DNA from: a bacterium
Lineage (GTDB): Bacteria > Patescibacteriota > Minisyncoccia > Minisyncoccales > GWA2-46-15
Length of the DNA stretch: 57,372 nt
NCBI GenBank assembly: GCA_030693425.1
Contig: JAUYAM010000003.1
Coordinates: 1-57,372, forward strand
Direction of reading: 5' to 3'
Each line of letters starts with the position of its first letter. Within the stretch, counting starts at the first letter, position 1. Shown piece after piece: positions 29,501-34,077 of this stretch. Under the pieces are notes generated by a model. That model searched no databases and had not been told where the DNA came from. It worked only from the letters and a program-made list of their open reading frames with translations. Position numbers and translations under genes: made by a program.

Positions 29501-30955
29501 GGTAGGTGTTGCGCTTATGGTGCTGATACCTCCTGTGGTTAGAGCAGAAGAAGTCCAGAACTGTATTTGTCCCGTCCCCGTTCCCGTGGAAAGACCAGAA
29601 GAAAGAACCAGTGACCCACCATTTTTATCTGTGGCCCCACTGGTTGCTCCACCGGCATTGACCGTCAAAGCATATCCGGCCGTATCGGCAACCGTCCCCC
29701 GTTCCATACCAAAACCTCTGGCCGCATCGCCGCCTAATCCAAGTAAACGAGTCGGTCCCGTCGTCCCGATGCCGACGTTGCCGGCAGTGGAATCAATGAT
29801 CAATCCATAAGAAGTGCCTGATGTGACTGTTCCTCCGGTTATCTTTAAGCCGGTAGAGGTGACTGTACCCGTTGTTTGAGTGATATTCGGCATCGTGACG
29901 TCAAGCCCTGTCCAGGTGTCTGTGCCGGTGAGTGTGTTCTGGACCAAGGCGCCGCCGGTAATAACCAGGCCTTTGTAAGCATAGGTTGAGGCGCCGGTGT
30001 TGGTGACAGCCGGCAAGCTAATGGTTTGGCCGGTCGCGGAATAACCCGTGGCCGTGATATTGGTTGACAAATCTATTGCCTGGCCAACCAAATTGCCTGC
30101 TAAAGTGGCGGCTGCTCCGTAAGCCAGGTTCAGGACAGTGCCCGAAGTATTCTTGGAGTTTAAATAAGCCAGGTTGGCAGAAGAGACATTGGTGCCGGTT
30201 AAAGTCAGGGCCGTGGCATTGGATCCTGGCACGGCTGACAGGATGGTGAAAGCGCCGGTTGAGGGTGTAGTAGAACCAATGCCGGCGGGCGAACCCCAGG
30301 TATAGCCGCTTAATTGCTTGGCTTCAAAGGCAGCCGGCACTGCGCCCAAAACTTTTCTCGGCTTCATTTCCGAGTCAGCGCCGACAGTGACGCCTAGATA
30401 AAGCGTCTGGTTGAAGTTGACTGAACTCAAAGATGTAATTGTCCCTAGCATTGTCGAGAACAAGCCGTTCTTAACATAAATCCGATTGGTAATGTCGTCG
30501 TTACTCACCCAGGTTGAAGCCGGATCGTAAAAGCAGACATAACCGCCAGCTCCTGCGGCGCTGACTGACTGAATGACGGCTGATTCCTTTTTGGTCGTGT
30601 TCCACAAATACTGGCCAGCTGCCAAAGCGCTTTCGTTGGTATCGGTGGTATATGCCATCTTATCCACCCCGGTAGCACAGCCGTCATTGGTAAAAGTGGT
30701 GGTGCCGGTTTCGGTAAACAAAGCAGCGCTGGTCCAAGACTCGGTCCAGCTGGTCGAACCGCCGCCGGCAACGGTATAAAGATTGAAAACAATGTCATAG
30801 GCATTGTCAGCCACTGCCTGACTGCTGGTATCAGTTAATTTTCCCTGGTAATTGATTTTTTCATTTATCGCTGCCAAAGACTCCTGGACAAAAACAGCCC
30901 TAAAGAGGAGAAGGAGCAGAAGGATAATACAGATTTTGGCAGCTTTGTTGTTCAT
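20510..30955 (-). CDS. Giant secreted fibre/adhesin-like protein with about 24 GNVGIGTT repeats and a C-terminal tail-fibre-type intramolecular chaperone domain
   Basis: Uninterrupted ORF. Start chosen at ATG 30955 (MNNKAAKICIILLLLLLF... signal peptide). The track start at 31015 would overlap the upstream gene by 44 nt. The tail is Pro/Ser-rich. Confidence 0.9.
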   Translation of the reverse strand: MNNKAAKICIILLLLLLFRAVFVQESLAAINEKINYQGKLTDTSSQAVADNAYDIVFNLYTVAGGGSTSWTESWTSAALFTETGTTTFTNDGCATGVDKMAYTTDTNESALAAGQYLWNTTKKESAVIQSVSAAGAGGYVCFYDPASTWVSNDDITNRIYVKNGLFSTMLGTITSLSSVNFNQTLYLGVTVGADSEMKPRKVLGAVPAAFEAKQLSGYTWGSPAGIGSTTPSTGAFTILSAVPGSNATALTLTGTNVSSANLAYLNSKNTSGTVLNLAYGAAATLAGNLVGQAIDLSTNITATGYSATGQTISLPAVTNTGASTYAYKGLVITGGALVQNTLTGTDTWTGLDVTMPNITQTTGTVTSTGLKITGGTVTSGTSYGLIIDSTAGNVGIGTTGPTRLLGLGGDAARGFGMERGTVADTAGYALTVNAGGATSGATDKNGGSLVLSSGLSTGTGTGQIQFWTSSALTTGGISTISATPTAGGTGYTAADTLTVTTGGTGGTVTVATVDGSGVVLTLNTAPAAAGTGYTTGTGKVTTGGTGTGATVSITAITSTTDSALAQAMTILGSGNIGIGTTEPIAALQVVGNITSLTNSSSEKFGYLASVGSFTESVAIGYVATVTNSRAVAIGSNASAAYRGVAIGSDASTTGNQAVAVGKNAIAGGNSIAIGYTTAALNTGTNNVLIGYAAGYNGDGSSNIFFGYQAGYNETGSNKLYIENSNSSSPLIWGDFSTDVVGINGNLGIGTTAPTALLHLGIGSTAVVGQKIVLASGATANAFEVNSSAGVGGDKFVILAGGNVGIGTTAPLELLSLGLAGTTKGVISFAGNTSGKIIIQPAAAAGTYTLTLPIDDGTANQLLQTDGAGVLTWATAGAGDMVLASVQTVTGAKTFGTIGGAVDKFILAGSTSGSSILNAAAVAGTTTLTLQGITGTIYSTGGNDVAVADGGTGGSTASITLFNNITGYTAAGATGTTSTNLVFSTSPALTTPTLGVASATSLATSAATPLKLTNAYLVDVALTAQTVGATTLTIPDFANVVDEFTFKTKAQTMSNKTFVAPALGTPASGVLTNATGLPISTGVSGLATGVATFLGTPTSANLIAAVTDETGTGLAVFNASPTITSPVIANIAPGADFTLTQNSVVPFTSVNTGAIVNTLYLKAGNVGIGTTAPSQIFQVNSSATASFVVTSAGLVGIGTTSPGGTLDIGQAVTAASAGTYYTAKLNNSYTGTMASATPVTSIYGLYNRPNVGIGGTSPQLTNLFVNYTSGNIGIGTTSVVTNLYLNYAAAPTLNSGSSVTNTYAFVSEAGAGNVGIGTTLPGNVLTVNGDTEISNGFGLIIGNSSQVTLTAGSGAGQIPELQVLGTGAVDSSIGIFRASADALAPKLIFGKSRNAAIGSYTIAQNNDQLGMIAWGGDDGVDYQSTAAYIAAYVDGTPGAGDMPGRLSFWTTADGSESSTERMRIDSSGNVGIGTTAPGATLDIASGTLTDQTNSLSITATQPTVITNVQFGIDVNVTSAGSSSFNNGAMRILYNAGYTGTSGARGLFIGNSVAGTGTNLNLSTAATSPSTNIGNNSLAYGTTTGTNIGLFGLGENGNVNFGILGRATIAKNSATNIGLAAFGLNTGTSPIQIAGYFGLQNTTPTFESAALIADNGTQTSPIFLARDNGSTIFGVYDGGNVGIGTTGPGYKLDIVGATEGTGINLTTGSIRAGSLLGNNSGGYFDLFSSDSSVTPTIRFRGYNGNSYFNTGGNVGIGTTAPTALLHLGIGSTAVVGQKIVLAANATANAFEVNSSAGVGGDKFVILAGGNVGIGTTGPISTLSVGGAGVANAGIYGTGTSYGVYGSNAGAAGKGVHGYNSSTGYGVYGQNASSGIGGYFTSTTGYALVTGGGNVGIATGSPGGYLDVNPTYTGNTVTNIFNQKSGFTLNKSGTTVTNWYGSYIAAPTVTAGTLTNKYAFVTEANAGNVGIGTTGPLATLHVSPVAASGVVYASILANPYNDIGYTVFQNFLVDGAAGRMGKGAIGYVNTTGFWGKGDIVFLNDSASDAGPVGMADERMRITNSGNVGIGTTGPGGTLDIGQSVTAVSAGTYYTTKLNNSYTGTMASATPVTSIYGLYNRPNIGIGGTSPQLTNLFVNYASGNIGIGTTSVVTNLYLNYAAAPTTSGGSSVTNTYAFVSEAGAGNVGIGTTAPQGRLHIQYSAPNTFDLRIQGNIATNAFVGMGFASYSSGSDYPIKSAIVFERTSTYGRGSLHFLAQSAADVTSADLTNAAVTITNAGNVGIGTTSPLNTLQIGTQSPVETATPVTLSLGGTYSNTGGANMKLKLYDDGDSNAVHGLGVSSTGLDFRGPGFNWYIGADQKMILDSTGNVGIGDATPTAVLNIAGSQPADAGTTPGTAATDTLVISGGIGGTTSIASTGVGGIGADFTFAGGVGGVASSAATSSTGGKGGTATITGGTGGTATTIGTTRVGGAGGGITLTGGTGGVASGGTSDTSGVGGASYLRGGTGGAGGLQGSAGGNAYVYGGIGGTGDTLGGTGGVLYLRGGVGGVSVTTDGTGGAIYLQTTESSAAVSTRMTITAAGYVGIGVAPSQEFEVNGDIQLDSNGTATTNGLCHSGADSDTTFVDRDIVACSAAPGDIAEWYPAETGVEPADIVSATNQTLNYESPKVNALTGELLGENEQKTVTIVKKADQSYQKEVLGIVSTSPVQTFGRAVINFSTNPQPIAMSGRVPIKVSTANGQVNIGDILTSSAIPGFGMKATNVGPSVGKALEAFDPINHPEQIINCPSGTDPSITCGKISMLVNISWYNPNLAVDTDGNITFYKLDNLGVKTQLANLSGNGDLTVVKDLNAVTANFSGKLKSKEFDFGVAGGKFSMSQSGDLTVQKSITTKDLTLTGSLTMTEGELAIDSLTAANIKANNQANLNLKLGDNSGNTKLSIQTKNGSEVANIDSDGAAYFAGYVGIGTIDPGAPLHVVGTSYITGSLGATGTRVVKGWFTDLEVTNVIAGSITGNAVTVTVADEAADTTSFPLFATAASGSLGARTNAGLIFNASTAQLQSILVSAATGFVPDANDGAYLGTTALQFSDLFLAEGGVVNWDNGDATLTQAGDVVTLAGASLTLNIGSTAVVGQKIVLADGATANAFEVNSSTGVGGDKFVILAGGNVGIGTTAPGTKFAVAGLTGTASYNLVRVDTATGNFYYDSSSQRYKDNIRLFEVDFNKILEVSPKLFTDKASGHEEIGFIAEEFANVGLGELVIYDKDGLPNGLKYDKIPLYLLEVAKKQNQDIAEIKTILGIDLNSEGGIGSETPMPWLEAKIKQVLASLGLILENGIAQLKEIIVGKVTAETARVDKIEMVDRATGEIWCTWIENGEWQKFRGDCDKSAANQPFPQSNNSVLPAAPTPDVGAPDLTSGVNALPPETPSPTPEPSPAPSESPVVYPEPVEGPSPSETPAASPAPSPEPSPEPLASLETVPSPMTVDDSRQ
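20513..20529. repeat. REP family 1 palindrome (TTGACGACTGTCGTCAA) between the giant ORF and the transposase gene
   Basis: Read directly. The central base is T, so it is inverted relative to 19757 and 20306. Lies 18 nt upstream of the transposase start and supplies the last codons (..DDSRQ) of the giant ORF. Confidence 0.9.
21060..21370 (-). other. Peptidase_S74-like intramolecular chaperone (endosialidase/tail-fibre C-terminal) domain within the giant ORF
   Basis: Translation YYDSSSQRYKDNIRLFEVDFNKILEVSPKLFTDK....EIGFIAEEFANVGLGELV fits the S-x-x-K-x-N-I ... IGFIAqE pattern of auto-cleaving tail-fibre chaperone domains. Coordinates are approximate. Confidence 0.6.
24393..24772. repeat. About 380-bp intragenic direct repeat, copy 1 (partner at 27003-27382)
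   Basis: Long blocks identical by eye (e.g. 'gtcgtcccgatgccgacgttgccggctcctgcttctgagacaaaagcataggtgttgg'). Encodes GGTLDIGQ.VTA.SAGTYYT.KLNNSYTGTMASATPVTSIYGLYNRPN.GIGGTSPQLTNLFVNY..GNIGIGTTSVVTNLYLNYAAAPT. Confidence 0.85.
25515..25708. repeat. About 190-bp intragenic repeat (copies at 21456-21606 partial, 25515-25708 and 28533-28726)
   Basis: Encodes GIGTTAPTALLHLGIGSTAVVGQKIVLA..ATANAFEVNSS.GVGGDKFVILAGGNVGIGTT three times. Nucleotide similarity seen directly. Confidence 0.8.
27003..27382. repeat. About 380-bp intragenic direct repeat, copy 2
   Basis: See 24393-24772. The mismatches are of all substitution types. Confidence 0.85.
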
Positions 30956-30971
30956 CAAAAATAATAAAAAG

Positions 30972-31442
30972 TTATGGCTGGGGAATGGTCGAACCCTGGA
31001 CCTCCTTAGTCTCATCTAAAGAATAATTGGTAAAAGCTGAAAGATTGAACCGGCCGATAGTCTCTCCGCCTGACCCGCCTAAAATGATTTTGTCAACTAT
31101 CATACTTTTAGGTTCGATAAAATCGCCAGCCCCGGCATTAATGTTCAAACCCAGGCCCAAAAAAATAAAAATACCAATACCCACCAAAACAAAAAACCAG
31201 GCCACTAAACCCAAAAGCCGGTCTGGTCTAAATAAACGCCTAAGCCTGACTGCCGGAAGAGAGATTTTTTTTAGGTGAAAATAGTTTTCAAGAGCTTGGT
31301 TAGCAATAAACCAGTCCCGACCGACCATTTTTCCTTTAAGTTTGCCTTTGCGGATTAATAAACCCAAATAATCCGGATGGTAGCCGGAAATATGCGACGC
31401 TTGCTTAAGGGAAAGAAACCCTTTTTCTGGAATAGTGGTCAT
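30972..31442 (-). CDS. Membrane-anchored protein with N-terminal excisionase/MerR-type helix-turn-helix
   Basis: LSLKQASHISGYHPDYLGLLIRKGKLKGKMVGRDWFI fits the HTH_17-type pattern, followed by one TM helix (LLGLVAWFFVLVGIGIFIFLGL). Paralogous N-terminus to 42392-43468. Confidence 0.75.
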   Translation of the reverse strand: MTTIPEKGFLSLKQASHISGYHPDYLGLLIRKGKLKGKMVGRDWFIANQALENYFHLKKISLPAVRLRRLFRPDRLLGLVAWFFVLVGIGIFIFLGLGLNINAGAGDFIEPKSMIVDKIILGGSGGETIGRFNLSAFTNYSLDETKEVQGSTIPQP

Positions 31443-31525
31443 CTTCCTTGGTTACGAACAAATATCGTTTTGGCGAGCTGAATAACTCATATCGTCTAAA
31501 CGATTTTGTTCTGGTATCTTAGTTA

Positions 31526-31554
31526 ATTATAATAAAGGCAAGCAGTAGCTGCAA
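31526..31554 (-). promoter_or_regulatory. Sigma70-like promoter (TTGCAG-N17-TATAAT, minus strand) for the HTH gene / giant gene operon
   Basis: Reverse complement of 31549-31554 is TTGCAG and of 31526-31531 is TATAAT. A plus-strand TTGTTC-N16-TATAAT (31506-31533) overlaps it divergently. Sequence match only. Confidence 0.45.
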
Positions 31555-31560
31555 GGGGTT

Positions 31561-31574
31561 GCTGTGGATAAGTC
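31561..31574 (-). promoter_or_regulatory. Conserved 14-nt motif GACTTATCCACAGC (contains a perfect DnaA-box 9-mer TTATCCACA) 6 nt upstream of the -35
   Basis: The same motif in the same geometry occurs at 43570-43583, upstream of the paralogous HTH gene. Confidence 0.5.
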
Positions 31575-31593
31575 CGGGCGCCTATGACAGTTT

Positions 31594-31708
31594 ACCCCGT
31601 TGCAATCCATAGCTTGGTTGATGTAATTATATTGACCAGAGCCGATAGGCGGCTACCGCCTCTTGGCCATAATATTCTCATTGGTTGTTGGCGGGATTGC
31701 TACGGGGT
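31594..31708. repeat. 115-bp hairpin element, third copy (intergenic), flanked by TTTACC direct repeats at 31591 and 31708
   Basis: 15-bp terminal stem ACCCCGTTGCAATCC / GGATTGCTACGGGGT with one T:T mismatch. The core GCCGATAGGCGGCT is at the same offset (nt 48-61) as in the pilin-gene copies. Confidence 0.8.
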
Positions 31709-31843
31709 TTACCCGGTAGGTTCTGTCAAAGCGGGATCCTTTGGGGGTCGGTTAGCTAAAAGGTGTGGAATAAAACTATAATTGCCTAGCATTTTCCACA
31801 TTATTGGAAAAACATCTCTCTTTATTCCCTGTTTTATGAATCT

Positions 31844-31863
31844 CCCCGCAGCAAGCTGCGGGG
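31844..31863. repeat. Hairpin CCCCGCAGCAAGCTGCGGGG (twin at 31912-31931)
   Basis: Read directly. The twin differs by a compensatory A:T to T:A swap in the stem. Both are followed by TAT. Confidence 0.8.
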
Positions 31864-31911
31864 TATCTTCTCCCCCATAGTACTTGCTACGGACTTTATC
31901 GCGCCCTTCAT

Positions 31912-31931
31912 CCCCGCTGCAAGCAGCGGGG
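31912..31931. repeat. Hairpin CCCCGCTGCAAGCAGCGGGG
   Basis: Read directly, 68 bp after its twin. Confidence 0.8.
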
Positions 31932-31949
31932 TATTCGGGCGACTCTGAG

Positions 31950-31977
31950 ATAAAAACTCCCCGTCTGTTAAACGGGG
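31950..31977 (-). terminator. Rho-independent terminator after gene 32008-32775
   Basis: Minus-strand CCCCGTTT-AAC-AGACGGGG (8-bp stem including one G:U) followed by AGTTTTTA, about 30 nt downstream of the stop. Confidence 0.65.
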
Positions 31978-32007
31978 CGGGGCATTTGGGCGATTTTGAG
32001 ATGAATA

Positions 32008-32775
32008 TTATTGGGTCGTTGCCGTGCCGGTAATGTCGGCGGTATAGGAACCGTTAGGCGCGTAAACATTTTTTTGCTCGGCGGCAACGCAAAAAGAGGT
32101 GTCGGTACCAGAAGACGGATCGGTTCTCGCGTTTGAAGAAGCGATTTGAATAACGGTTGTGCTGGTAAAACCGCGATATTTAAGATTGTTCGCAGAAGGA
32201 CTGGTGCAGCTGGAACCGGTTCCCCAGGTAGCAGTAGAAACATCATTGCCAAAGGCCGAAAAGCCAAACTGGTACTGGCTTTCATTAACATTCCAGGTTT
32301 CCGGCGTCCCGCTGGTGACTTCGGAATAGTCGGTAAAGCACTCGACATCGCCGGCAGTGCATAAGGTACTAGTTTTGTCGGTTTTTAAAGTCAGGGTATA
32401 GCCGCCGGGATTGTCGGTCTTAATATTCCAAGCAGCGCCGCCGGAAGCGTTAGTCACCGGCACGACCGTGCTCAAAGACATGTCCGAAAGCGAAAGATTG
32501 CTTGCGGGCACGGTTAAAGAGATATAGACTTCCTGAAGCTCTTGGTAACCGGCCTTGAGCTTATAGCTGGAGCTTGCCATCTCGCCGGTACCGACCTCGC
32601 CGATAGTGTCGCTGGAAAGATAATTAGTTGATTTCTGATCCACCCCGCCGACATTGACGCTATCGTCCTGGATAATATAGTTTTCGCTCTTCATGGCAGA
32701 AACAAAAGAGGCAATGACAAACAGCGTCGCCATGACTGCTAAAAAACGGTTTTTTAAGAATTCGATTTGCGTCAT
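32008..32775 (-). CDS. Secreted surface protein (paralog of 40858-41505)
   Basis: Signal anchor LAVMATLFVIASFVSA. Shares W.(I/V)KT...G..L.LK, FTDY(S/T)EVT..TPETW.V, Y.FGF, WG.G(S/T)SC, KY.GF and YAPNGSY.AD(I/V)TGTAT with the paralog. Confidence 0.8.
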   Translation of the reverse strand: MTQIEFLKNRFLAVMATLFVIASFVSAMKSENYIIQDDSVNVGGVDQKSTNYLSSDTIGEVGTGEMASSSYKLKAGYQELQEVYISLTVPASNLSLSDMSLSTVVPVTNASGGAAWNIKTDNPGGYTLTLKTDKTSTLCTAGDVECFTDYSEVTSGTPETWNVNESQYQFGFSAFGNDVSTATWGTGSSCTSPSANNLKYRGFTSTTVIQIASSNARTDPSSGTDTSFCVAAEQKNVYAPNGSYTADITGTATTQ

Positions 32776-34073
32776 TTAATTAGTTTTGAAGCCGCCTGAT
32801 AGATATAATTGATAAACGATTGGATTTTGGCAATAATTTCCTGATACCAGGACCCGACCGGGACAACCGGGATTGACGACTGCTCTTTTCTAACAAGCAA
32901 TTCGGAAGAGATTGTTTTCACCGAACGGTTTTTGTGATCCAACACGGTAATAATTAAAGGATACATTCCCGGGTCTTCTGGCGGCAGGAAAACCGCAGAA
33001 TAAAAAGTTTTTTCCTTGTTGACTCTCAAAAGATATAAAAACTCTTTGCCGCCTTTTTGTAAACTTATTGTTATCGTTTTAAGGATTTCCGGCATTCTCT
33101 CATATCCAACGAAAACTTTAACCGGCGCCTTATTGTTGACGCGGATTTTTGCCCTGCCCGTAGGAATAATATTTTTGCCTTCCTGTCTAAACTCAAAATC
33201 TTTCAGCGAGAGTTTTTGGATAGACGAAACCGGCGCCGTCGGCGAAGGAGAAACAGACGGAGTCGGCGAGGGCGAGGGGGTAACAAAAACCGCTGTCGGA
33301 AGAAACGCCGAAGCCATTGCTCCCGAAGAATAATTTTCTGATTCGTCATAGGAAAAAGCGGTATAGTAATAAGTCATGCCTTCTTCCACCTCTCTGTCAA
33401 CAAAAGAACTTCCCTTTCCGCTGTAGACGGTAATGCCGGAAAAAGGATCTAAGGGATAAAACTGGTCGTTCCTCATTATTTTGACGCCTTTAAAATCGGC
33501 GTCGGGCGGATTTTTCCAGCGCAGCGTAATTTTGCCGCGACCGGCAACGGCTTCAAAATCGGCGGTGTTTGCCGGCGAAGTCGTGTCCGGCAGAGAAAGC
33601 GTGGTGAACTGATAATTAGACGTTTTGGCAGTATTCCCCTTTTTATCATGGACGGTTATCTGGAAATAATAAAGAGTTGAGGGCGAAAGATTCGACAAAA
33701 GGAAAGAGTGGGCGGCATTAAGACCGGTTTCAGAGATTGTTTCAATTTCATAATCAATGGTTTTGCCCCAGGATAACTGGGAAAGAGCAAGCTCAGAAGT
33801 ATCAAATTTGATTATTGCCGAAGAGGTAGAACGGAAAATATAGAGATTGGAGATGCCTGGCGGCGTCGTGTCAAAAATCTCGGCAAGAAGAAGCGGGTTG
33901 CTGCCGCCGAATATAGGATTGGTTACCTCAAGGGTAATATGGACGACATCGCTTTCAGATGCTGCCCCGATGCTTCGAAGATCGGCAAAAAACAAAATAA
34001 CGACAATAACAAGAAAAACTGCCGGAATGCTAACTAGCTTCTTTAATTTTAAAAACCGGGGGAGCTGGTTCAT
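32772..34073 (-). CDS. Membrane-anchored secreted protein with fibronectin-III-like domains and a Pro/Ser linker
   Basis: 433 aa. N-terminal TM helix, Fn3-like segments (ITLRWKNPPDADFKGVKIMR...YYYTAFSYD) and the linker TPSPSPTPSVSPSPTAP. Confidence 0.75.
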   Translation of the reverse strand: MNQLPRFLKLKKLVSIPAVFLVIVVILFFADLRSIGAASESDVVHITLEVTNPIFGGSNPLLLAEIFDTTPPGISNLYIFRSTSSAIIKFDTSELALSQLSWGKTIDYEIETISETGLNAAHSFLLSNLSPSTLYYFQITVHDKKGNTAKTSNYQFTTLSLPDTTSPANTADFEAVAGRGKITLRWKNPPDADFKGVKIMRNDQFYPLDPFSGITVYSGKGSSFVDREVEEGMTYYYTAFSYDESENYSSGAMASAFLPTAVFVTPSPSPTPSVSPSPTAPVSSIQKLSLKDFEFRQEGKNIIPTGRAKIRVNNKAPVKVFVGYERMPEILKTITISLQKGGKEFLYLLRVNKEKTFYSAVFLPPEDPGMYPLIITVLDHKNRSVKTISSELLVRKEQSSIPVVPVGSWYQEIIAKIQSFINYIYQAASKLIK

Positions 34074-34077
34074 TACT

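Noticed and set aside
30956-31015. Longer start (31015) for the giant ORF
   Set aside because: It would overlap the upstream HTH gene by 44 nt and add a non-signal-like 20-aa extension (MRLRRSRVRPFPSHNFLLFL). ATG 30955 gives a classical signal peptide immediately.
31540-31910. RNase P RNA (rnpB) call based on the AAGTCCGGGC CR-I-like block
   Set aside because: Only CR-I-like and weak CR-V-like strings are visible. GGGUGAAA (CR-III) and ACAGAA (CR-IV/V) are not found. The putative P4 would have no bulged U. The place of the specificity domain is taken by a repeat element that also occurs in pilin genes. It is kept as a finding, not as a feature.
31844-31931. CRISPR array (twin palindromic 20-mers 68 bp apart; also the palindrome array at 43589-43835)
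   Set aside because: There are only two copies of the first repeat, and they are not identical. The five palindromes at 43589-43835 all differ in sequence. No cas genes are in the window.
31584-32348. ORFs 31584-31781 (+) and 31968-32348 (-)
   Set aside because: The first is composed of the 115-bp repeat element and surrounding structured non-coding sequence. The second lies in an alternative frame of gene 32008-32775 and runs across its terminator. Neither has protein-like features.
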